A stretch of DNA of 57,908 nt. Origin: Macrostomum lignano (lineage: Eukaryota). Location of the stretch: contig NIVC01003319.1 of assembly GCA_002269645.1 (NCBI GenBank), forward strand, positions 1 to 57,908, written 5' to 3'. Position numbers and translations under genes: made by a program. This document shows, piece by piece, positions 1 to 10,700 of this stretch; the stretch's first letter is position 1; every line of letters begins with the position of its first letter. Under the pieces are notes generated by a model, which saw only the letters and a program-made list of their open reading frames with translations, was not told where the DNA came from and did no database searches.

Positions 1-2
1 GG

Positions 3-2919
3 AAGCTTCCTAACTGCCCGAAGGGCTCCGTCAAAAAGAGTCCTTGCGTACGAGGCTTCCAAAAAGTGGAAGCTCGCCTTTACGCCATCAAGAAATGCCA
101 GTGCACGATGCGGGAGTTCAGCAGGCACAGGCGTTGCCCAGACAAATGCCCGGATCTTATTTCCACACGAACATGCGTTAAGCTGATGAAGGAGGGTCTT
201 TGCGAGCATCCGCAGCGAAAGGGCACCGTTGGTCAAATCTGTGCTCGAACGTGCGGAAAATGCTTTAAGTGCGAGTCACCCAACACCATCAAATATCGCA
301 TGTTTGTTGGATTCAGCCTGAAATCTAACGCTCTCTACTCAAAGCGCTTTTACATCAAGACGATCCGAAAAACAAAGGTCTCTCACTGCATGATGGCTTG
401 CAAGAAGGATGAAGGTTGCAACTCGTTCGACTTCAACAGCCGTACTAAGACATGTGTGCTCAACTCCGTCTCAAAATTCACTTTCCGGTATAGAATTAGC
501 ACCTTCAAGGAGTCTGATCATAAGGTTAATGTCAACATCGTTCATTTCGTCAAGTACTGCAAGCACAGTAAGTTTAAGTTTGTTTAAGCTTTAGTGTATA
601 ACTATCTGATATTTTTTAAATGTATTACGTAGAATGAATTGCACCGTATAATCATTGACTTCAGAGTGCCGCTGTGGAGCCTTCACACCTGTGGGCAAAT
701 GCATTTGCGAGGGTAAAGGTGTTCTGAGACGCTGCTACAAGCAGTTTACTCTCCGTGAGTTCTACAACAAGCCTGATGGTCGCTGCGCCCAGCGAGCCAA
801 GAGTCTTCGACTGAAGGCTGACTGCGGTAAGGATACAAGTTCTATTGCTTCAATATTGGAGCTAAAATAGTAATAAAAAGCATTTGTTTTTAAGCCTTTA
901 AAAGTTTTGGAACTGAAATTCCAGAAAACCCGTGCGTCGACCAAATTGAGGCCAATGTCTGCAGAAAAGAGAAACAAGCCGGCAAGTGCCTGAAGGATCG
1001 AGAGACTCGAATCCTCTGCAACAAGACTTGCTCGAGATGCGCGTGCAACAAGCAGTACACCGTGAAGGTTCCTTGCAAACGAGTCAAGGGAGCGAACAGG
1101 CGCAACTTCGAGCGAAAGTTCATGCAGGTCAGATACAAGAGGGCCAAGTGCGGCATCTGCACCACTAGCTACAAAATCCGCCGCGAAAAATGCAAGCCGC
1201 CGGCCTGCTTCGAGCAGACTATCAAGGTGATTGGCGACTGCATCGGAGGCGAGAGACTGGTCATTACCTACGCAATTGAGCTCACCGATATGGCTCAGTG
1301 CAAGCGAAAGAAAATCGATGAAGTGAAGTACGGCTGCAAGGGAGTGTGCAGCACCGTTTCTAAGCAGGTATCAAAGTGCCGCTATCACAAAAGGATAAGA
1401 AATACTACAGAAATGTTATGTCCAGCTTCTGGGTGTCCAGCGGCACCAAGCCGAAAGAGCTGGCATTCACCAGAAAGTACCTGTGCGATCCCAGCGTGTG
1501 CCCCAAGGAGATGTCATTCAAGGGCCCGTGCCTGCTGGGCCACAGGTTCCGCTACCGCGTCTACTACGTGTTGGACTACAGGGAGAGATGCACAAAATTT
1601 GTGAATGCTCATGGCGAAGAGTGCTCCAGAAAGAAGTCCAAGCGCTGCTTCAACATTCTGCCACGCAAGAAATGCGCCGAAGTTAAGAAGAAGGGCTACT
1701 GTTTGCGACATAATGGACCGTCTAGACTCTGCATGAAGACGTGCGGTCTGTGCAAGCCACACCAAGTTCGCGTTGGCAAGAATAAGAAGACGGTTTCAAA
1801 GAAGTCTAAACTTGATAAGAAAAAGCTGAAAGAAGCCTACGACATTATCAACGGAATATCATCTCGATACGGTGGCAGATACCTCCAGAAGGTAACCTGG
1901 GCCACGATCGCTCTCTCTGAGAGTGAAGAAGGCAAAGCTTACATCGAGAGGAGCTTCAAGATTAATAAGAACAAAATCAACCCACCAAACAAGTCAACAT
2001 CACTGGAGGGGAAGATCAAACCGCAGTGCATGAAATTGAAGAAAAGAGCGGTAAAGACGGCATCCAGAAAATTAAGAAGACAAAAACGACAAAAACAAAG
2101 AAGCACGAGAAAACTACCACCGACAAGAACAAAAAGGTGAAGAAGAGCAAAAACAGTTCAAGCAGTGGCGGCTCCGAGGAGACAACAACAAAAACTATGA
2201 CAACAACGGGTAAAGGCGGATCTGGAAGCCAAACAGTTGTCGTTAATAAAGGTGGCGAAGAATCTGGCGGAGGTTCAGATTTAGAGGAACATGTCATCAC
2301 CACCACACATGAGGATGATGGTAGCGGTAAAGTCAAAGTGACGCGACACGTAACCGTAACTAGGAATGGCAAGAAAACTTCGAGCATGTCAAGCAAAGTC
2401 ATTAGTTCTAAAGATGCCCGATTAGCTTCCAAGGGCGGCAGCAGTAGCAGCTTCAGCAGCAGCGGCAGCAGCAGCAAAGAAAGCAGCAGCAGCAAAGAAA
2501 GCAGCAGCAGCGGCAGCAGCAGCAGCGGCAGCAGCAGCAGCAAAAAAAGCAGCGGCAGCAGCAGCAGTGGCAGCAGCAGCGAAGAAAGCAGCGGCAGCAG
2601 CAGCAAAGAAAGCAGCAGCAGCAGCGGCAGCAGCAGCAGCAGCGAAGAAAGCAGCTTCGGTAGCGGCTTCGGCAGCATCAAGTTCAGCAGCGGTGGCAGC
2701 AGCAGCAGCGCCAAAGTGACTTCATCTGGCCCTGAAGAGTCGGTAACAACCAGCACAATCGAGGACGACGGCAGCGGCAAGATGAAGGTGACTCGAAACG
2801 TTTCGACCAGCAAGGGCGGAAAGACTCACAAGAGTTCGTCGACCAAATACATCAAGAGCAGCGACAGTGCGTTCTCATCTGAGGACAGCGACGCCCTTGG
2901 AATGTCCGGCTTCATGTGA
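3..2919 (+). CDS. 5'-partial cysteine-rich, probably secreted protein: 3 ShKT-like domains, 1 PAN/apple domain, several 4-Cys modules, Lys-rich region and poly-Ser tail; exons <3-567, 665-826, 925-2919, with two apparent 1-nt frameshifts in the last exon
   Basis: GT-AG introns 568-664 and 827-924 join the frames correctly (both phase 1). ShKT-type 6-Cys patterns: CPDL..CARTCGKC, CVDQ..CNKTCSRC, CFNI..CMKTCGLC. PAN motif CMMACKKDEGCNSFDFNSRTKTCVLN. Coding frame switches near 1390-1470 and near 1970-2025. Confidence 0.75.
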
Positions 2920-3811
2920 ACAAGGAACTTGGAAGGCTTAACTCAAAGTTAGAGGCTGACGATAACTAATTACTAATTACAAACAAAAAATTCCTGACTA
3001 GAGATTTTTGCTAACGTCACTCTGGGGACGCAGAGCTAATACGCTCGTAGGCGCTTAGTTCAAACAGTTCCAGTCAAGAGAATCCGCAAATTCATCTGCA
3101 AAGATTTCGATTAGATAGATAAAAGCCAGCCAAACGGATTAAGATCAGAGGAGCCGGTAGAATTTTTTCTCCACTATCACGTTACTTTGACAGCCAAATG
3201 TAATACTTTTTCTGCGTGATTAAAGCGCAATTTAAAAAAAACCTGATATTATTCCAAAATAAGTTTTCCTGTCTATCGCTTGGGACGCTTTACCGTATGA
3301 TCGCACCCTTTCCTCAAATAAAATGTGCTACGGGAACTTTTCCGTTACTTTTTGTCTTCTTTCTTTGCGAAAATCAACAGAATAAGTGAAAGTCGGTATA
3401 CAGGTACAACTCTACAGGTTTACTTTTAAACTGGTAGTAAGGTATACTCCTCCGAAGGAGGAGCTCCACTCGTAAGGTATACTACAGCCAACTTTAACTG
3501 TAGATTTTGATAACCCACTACTCCTATAACTTTGCCAAGCACATCTTTTTTGGTGCGCTGTGACCACCCAGGCGCAACGCCTTCGGCGAGATCGACCAAT
3601 AACCAACGCTGACGGCGACTTTCTAATTTTCAGACCCGAACGACTCTATGTGCCTTGAGGAGTTGACCCTCATGGCTGTGAATTGTCTTGACCCATACGC
3701 TCGTATTCGTGCACACAAGCCCGAAATGAAGGTGGCTGCGCACGGAATCGAATAAGCTGAAAACAACACTTCAAAAACCTCAGAGTATGCAGCGAGTTTG
3801 ATATTATTAAT

Positions 3812-4078
3812 AATAATTGACTACACCTGCCTAAGAGACAGCTCAGCCGCAGCTATTGCGCACCGCATCTGAAGCCGATTGCGTACGGCTGTTCAGTCCA
3901 ACGACTGGGGGGTCGCCACAAACCCTCAATTACCCCAGCTGATGCTGGCACCCATTTTACAGCTGGGTGAACTGAAGCAATGCAGAGTTAAGTGCCTTGC
4001 TGGTCAAGACTAGGTCAAGAATCGAACCCCCGACCTTCAAGTCGCGAGTCCAACGCTCTAACCACTAGGCTGCAACCT
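3812..4078 (-). mobile_element. tRNA-derived CORE-like SINE, copy 1 (internally deleted)
   Basis: Reverse strand has A box TAGTGGTTAGAGC, B box GGTTCGATTC and the segment CAGTTCACCCAGCTGTAAAATGGG. Homologous to three other copies in the window. Confidence 0.85.
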
Positions 4079-4784
4079 CTTATTCGATAGGTTTCGAGTT
4101 TGAGTTCGCTTCACAAACCACAAACCTGACGAGCCAGAATACTAATTAGGTCAATAATAAGAAAATGGAGCAACAATGCCACACATTGACTATCAATTAC
4201 TAAATAATGCAACAGTTTTCCTTTAAAAAGCACGACCAGACTCCTGCTTGAGTCTGCGGTTGATTTAAATTGTGTATTTAATTTTTATTAAACAAACGAT
4301 TACACGAGCTTGTATTTTAGCCAAGTCAGATCGAGTCAGTAGGACAACAGGCGATTAGCAAAAAGTGTTGCCCTAAATTCCTAGTGAATTTATAACACAC
4401 CCCCATTTAGGTTAATATAACTGTGAAAGAGATGGAACAGAAAATATTACTGAGGGACACGAACTGAGGCAAGCAGAATACAGATTAAATAATTTTTAAA
4501 TAAGAATAATTCAGCAAGTGCGTCATATCAAACTGAATGCTTTTCGTTAAATAAAACGGAATAATTTAATTGATTTTGATTACATAGATTGAGTTCATTT
4601 GAGAGCTTAGCTAGATCCGAATAAGTTAAATGCCGCGAAATACCACTGATAGATTAATAGGCCTGAAAAAATAATTAGAGAGAGGAACAATCAGGATCTG
4701 CCGACTGCGGCTTAGGATTACTGGACAGTTAGTTCTAGTTAAATAATTGTCTACAGTGTCGAGAAAATAATTGTTCAAATTAAG

Positions 4785-7700
4785 TTAGTCTGTGGCCTCA
4801 TTGGCGGTTAATTGGCCAGGTGCGTTTGGATCGGCGGCAACATCAGGAACGGCGTCATCCTCGATGGCAGCGGCAGCATCGGAGGCGGCGGCATCAGATG
4901 CGGTGTCTTTAGTCGAAACTGCCGCATCCTCCTCTTCTGACTTTTCAGTCTTAGTAGTCTTCTTTTTGCGATGCTTTTTGTCTTTTGATTTGGACTTTGA
5001 CCGGTCTTTGTCGCGCTTCGACTTCTTGTCTTTTTTCTCTTTCTTGGATTTCTTCTTGGCGGATTTCTCAGACTTTGCTTTCTTTTCCTTTTTACGATGC
5101 CGTCTATGCTTACGGTCTTTGTTGTCCTCGTTCTCGTCGGCGTCTTGGTCTTTGTTCTTGCGCAACTTTTTCTTCGGCGGGCCATCAGCTTCCGCGGATT
5201 TTTTCTCGTCATCGACTGGCCTGCAGTGTTGAAATTGAAAATAAAAACAAATTCTAGATGTTCCAACAAACACTAGTTAAACCCAACTCATTATCCATAT
5301 CTGCTTCTGAGCGAATGTGTTTATGGTATGACTTGTTAGCTGCATATACCCCCTCCCTGATATCTGAGACTGCTGCTTTAAAATCATCTACGGCTCGTAC
5401 AATTAAGTAGCCGTGTAGGGGACGTCAAGGAGGTCAGGTGCCTCCTCTTGCCTAGCGAAAATTTGGGTCATGTTTTATGAACAAAATCCCTACTGTGACA
5501 TCCTACTGACGCTAAATAATAATAGTTGACTATACCTGCGGCAATTAGGCCAGATGTGCAACCGACAGCTCAGTCGCAGCTATTGCGCGGCGCATCTGAA
5601 GGCTGCGTACGGCTGTTCAGTCCAATGACTGGGGGAGGGGAGGTTCACCACACACACCCTCAATTACCCCAGCTAATGCTGGCATCCATTTTACAGCTGG
5701 GTGAACTGAAACAATGCAGAGTTAAGTGTCTTGCTCCGGGACAAAAATTGTTCCATTGGGATCGGGAATCGAACCCCCGACCTTCAAGTCGTGAGTCCGA
5801 TGCTCTAACTGATAAGCTACAACTCCTTAAATATCTAAACCCCTGACGCTAAAATACATACATCCTGTGACGTCAAACTGACACTACAGTCCCTCATGTG
5901 ACGTCAAACTGACGTTAAAATCTCTCCTGTAACGTCAAACTGACGCTAAAATATTTGTCTTATCTGAAAAAATCCTAATTAGAGGAACGAAAGCACTTAC
6001 CCAACGTCGCTAGCCTTTGTCATCTGATCGTCCTGACTGCTACCAAAGCTGTCCTGAGACACGCCGCTCACTGACAGCACGTCAGCATCGTGAATTTCCT
6101 GATCAGTTGACGCGGCACCGGCGGCCTCCGTCGCCCCAACGGCAGTTTCCGTAGCCTCTTGAGCTTTGGCGGTCACCGCAGCGGCGACAAGATCTCGCCG
6201 TCGAGTCAGTCGCGCTCGAAGATCTTCGTCGCGATTGTCGCGATCAGCGTCGACTTCATCGGCCGCGACGCTTTTTGGCTCGGCGACGGAAGCAGCAGCA
6301 GGATCAGCAGCTTTCTCGGAAGATTCAGTTGAAGAAGATTCTTTCTCGACTGACTTTCTGCTGTCAGCAGCGCTCTGTTGGTCAGGTTTCGAGGTTTTGT
6401 CCGCGACAGTTGAGCGGCCTTTCCCACTGCGCCGCTTCTTTCTGTCGCTGCTGGCGCTGGAACTGTTATCGGCGGCCGAGTCAGAAGAGGAAGACCCAGA
6501 AGAAGATGAAGGCGATGTAGAACGATTCCTCGAGCGTTTCTTTTGCAACGAGGAAGAGGTTTGCTTCTGGTCTCTATGCTTTCGCTGCTGCTCCTGCTCC
6601 GTGTGTTTCTTCTGCTTTTGCAGCTCCGGCGAGGCTCTCCGACGCTGCTTATCGCGAGCGGCTGACGAGGACGAATCGGACCGATCCCGGTGACGGCGAC
6701 TGGTGGCAACGCCGCCGCTGCTACTGCCACTGGCTTTGCCGCCACTTTGCTGCATCTGCTCAGCGAAAGCCCTGCGGATTGTGCGCACAGATTTACTTCG
6801 AATTATGTAGGAAGTATGAGTGTCAGGAAAGGTCTGATATGAGTGTCAGGAAAGGTCTGATATGAGTGTCAGGAAGGGTCTGATATTAGTGTCAGGAAAG
6901 GTCTGATATGAGTGTCAGGAAAGGTCTGATATGAGTGTCAGGAAGGGTCTGATATGAGTGTCAGGAAAGGTCTGATATGAGTGTCAGGAAAGGTCTGATA
7001 TGAGTGTCAGGAAAGGTCTGATATGAGTGTCAGGAAAGGTCTGATATGAGTGTCAGGAAAGGTCTGATATAAGTGTCAGGAAAGGTCTGATATGAGTGTC
7101 AGGAAAGGTCTGATATGAGTGTCAGGAAAGGTCTGATATGAGTGTCAGGAAGGGTCTGATATGAGTGTCAGGAAAGGTCTGATATAAGTGTCAGGAAAGG
7201 TCTGATATGAGTGTCAGGAAAGGTCTGATATGAGTGTCAGGAAGGGTCTGATATGAGTGTCAGGAAGGGTCTGATATGAGTGTCAGGAAAGGTCTGATAT
7301 GAGTGTCAGGAAGGGTCTGATATCAGTGTCAGGAAGGGTCTGACATGAGTGTCAGGAAAGGTCTGATATGAGTGTCAGGAAAGGTCTGATATGAGTGTCA
7401 GGAAGGGTCTGATATGAGTGTCAGGAAAGGTCTGATATGAGTGTCAGGAAAGGTCTGATATGAGTGTCAGGAAGGGTATGATATGAGTGTCAGGAAAGGT
7501 CTGATATGAGTGTCAGGAAAGGTCTGATATGAGTGTCAGGAAGGGTCTGATATTAGTGTCAGGAAGGGTCTGATATGAGTGTCAGGAAAGGTCTGATATG
7601 AGTGTCAGGAAAGGTCTGATATGAGTGTCAGGAAGGGTCGGATATGAGTGTCAGGAAGGGTCTGATATGAGTGTCAGGAAAGGTCTGATTTGAGTGTCAG

Positions 7701-10700
7701 GAAAGGTCTGATATGAGTGTCAGGAAGGGTCTGATATGAGTGTCAGGAAGGGTCTGATATGAGTGTCAGGAAAGGTCTGATATGAGTGTCAGGAATGGTC
7801 TGATATGAGTGTCAGGAAGGGTCGGATATGAGTGTCAGGAAGAGTCTGATATGAGTGTCAGGAAGGGTCTGATATGAGTGTCAGGAAGGGTCTGATATGA
7901 GTGTCAGGAAGGGTCTGACATGAGTGTCAGGAAGGGTCTGCTTAACCCCCGAGGTCAGGTGAGGTCACTTACTTCATAAACATGTCAAAGGCCTCCTTAG
8001 TGAAAGCTGACGGGTCCACGCCGCTACCGCCAGTGCCACCGCGTCGCTTTGCAGCGGCAGCGGCCGCGGCGGCGGCAGCGGCGACAGCGGCGGAGGATCG
8101 ATCAGAATCCTCGGCCCCATCGCGGCCACCACCTCGGCGCTGCTGCTGCTGCCGACGCTGCTCCCGCGGCGACCGACTGCGGCTACGGCTTCTTCGATTC
8201 CGATGTCGCCGCGAGGACGACGGCGAAACCGGGACGCGTCGGTCGTGGCGTCGACGACTAGACGAAGATGCGGCGGCTGGAGGACTTCGGCTCCGACTGC
8301 GACTGCGCGTACGCCGACGCCGCCTACGACGCTGGGAATTATTTGTCGGCGACTTCGACTTCGACAGTTTTTTAGTCGACTTCAATGGCGGCTGCGTCGG
8401 CGGCACCGGCTGCTGCAGCTGATGCGCGTGAGGGGCAACGACCGCCATTGGCGGAGGCTGCGGCTGCATCGAAGGAAGCTGCTGATGCTGAGACACAGTC
8501 GAGGCAAAGTTCGGCATCAGCGGCGCCTGCGGTTGAGGATGCGGCATCATGGACGGGGCTGCTGGATTGACGTAGCTTGCGAAAATGTGCTGGGGAGCCG
8601 GCGGCATTTGCTGCTGCTGCTGCTGCTGTTGCTGCATCGGTATGCCGTAAGGATTGGCGTGATGATGAAGCTGCTGAGGAAGCTGAGGATGCATCATGGG
8701 CTGATGATGGTGCTGATGCTGCTGCCGCTGCTCGAACATGTAAGGATGTTGCAGATGCTGCTGGTGAACTGTGGGCATAGCGGCGGGCAAACCGGAACCG
8801 GATATGAACGCGGCTGGAATGGAAGCTGGAGCCATGTGCCTGGCTTGCTGGCGGGGCTGGTGCTGGTGATGCTGTTGATGCTGCTGCTGGTGATGCTGCT
8901 GCTGGTGATGCTGGTTAGGCTGCGACTGCGCAGCGACATCTTCGGTCGGTCTCAATGGAGCGGCTGGTAGAGGCGGGGTGTCTGCAAGAAATAAACGATA
9001 TCATTTTGTCAAATAGATTTTCACTGGAATATGCGGCAATATAAACCGAAGAAAGACGACGCCTAAATAGACGGATGGCGCCAAAATTAAGATACTCCTA
9101 GATGGACTCAAAATAAAGATAGCAGGTGCCAAAATGCGGATTTATAGCGCCAAAATGAAGGCAGATGGCGCCAGAATGAGCAGATGGCGCCAGAATGAAG
9201 ATAGATGGCGCCAAAATGAAGACAGATGGCGTCAAAATGAAAATAGAAGGCGCCAAAATGCAGATAGAAGGCGTCAAAATGAAAATAGAAGGCGCCAAAA
9301 TGAAGATGGATGGCACCAAAATGAAGACAGATGGCGTCAAAATGAAAATAGAAGGCGCCAAAATGCAGATAGAAGGCGTCAAAATGAAAATAGAAGGCGC
9401 CAAAATGAAGATGGATAGCACCAAAATGAAGATAGATGGCGCCAAAATGCAGATAGAAGGCGTCAAAATGAAAACAGAAGGCGCCAAAATGAAGATGGAT
9501 GGCGCCAATATGAAAATAGAAGGCGCCAAAATGAAGAAGGATGGCGCTAATATGAAAATAGAAGGCGCCAAAATGAAGAAGGATGGCGCTAATATGAAAA
9601 TAGAAGGCGCCAAAATGAAGATGGATGGCGCCAAAATGAAGATGGATGGCGCCAAAATAAAGATAGAAGGCGTCAAAATGAAGATGGATGGTGCCAAAAT
9701 AAAGATAGAAGGCGCCAAAATGAAGATGGATGGCGCCAATATGAAAATATCAATAGAAGGCGCCAAAATGAAGATGGATGGCGCCAAAATACGATAACTG
9801 TAGAAATGGCGCCAAAAAGGAGATAGAAATGACGTAAAGACGGTTCAGACGTCTAGTAAAATTAAAGCCGCTATTTAAACGGCATTAAGGACCAGCGTCA
9901 TTACCATCGCGAGTTTTAGCCTCCGCAGCCCCGGCCGGTTTCCCTTCGACCTTCGGCTCAGATTGCTCAGACGCTGGGGTCGGCGCTCTCTCCAGAGGTT
10001 CAGCGTCCTCTTTGCCTGCCACTGCCAGAGGACTTTGACCGGCGCCAGCAGATGGAGACACGGATCGGGCTGGAGAGGCAGCTGGCGAAGGCTTGCCAGA
10101 GGTGGCGGACAGCAGCGAATCCACACGAGGATGGCGCAGTCGAAAGGCGGCGATGGCCTCCCGAATGTTCTTATTCGGCACCAGCGAGTCCTGGTCGTTG
10201 CCCTCGGATCTGCAGGACGGGCACAGACCTCCCCCGCTGCTGGCCAAGGCTTTCAATATGCAGGCCTTGCAGAAGGACATGCCGCAGCAGACTATGAGCT
10301 GCGGGTCAGTCATGATTCGATGGCACATCGGGCAGAGCATCTCGCCGGGCACTTGGATGTTGGACGGAGCCGCTTGCTCGGCGACGTCCCCGGAGCTGCT
10401 AGCCGGCATCTCGGTGTCGCCACCGCCATCGTCTTTGACATCTGCCGAGTCCCCTGGCGAGCTCTACAAAAAATGCAAACTAATTGCCATAAAATATGTT
10501 GTTAGACTATTATTAATAATAATTAACGTTCACTCACCGACTCTGTCTTAGTTTTCTCATCATCGATGGCTGCTTTTGGCTACAAAAAAAGAAAAATAAA
10601 CAGTTTCTTCTTGTTTGATTCACTAAAAACAGTTTCATTTTAATTCCTAAAAGTCAAAATATGAAATAATACAAGTTGATATCAAAATCTCACCCTAATC

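Noticed and set aside
1368-1393. 26-nt GT-AG micro-intron that would fix the first frameshift
   Set aside because: Too short compared with the other introns here (74 nt or more), lacks a pyrimidine tract, and would delete a module cysteine.
2016-8970. Leu/Ala/Arg-rich ORFs antisense to the ShKT tail and RBBP6 exons
   Set aside because: Antisense shadows of low-complexity coding sequence.
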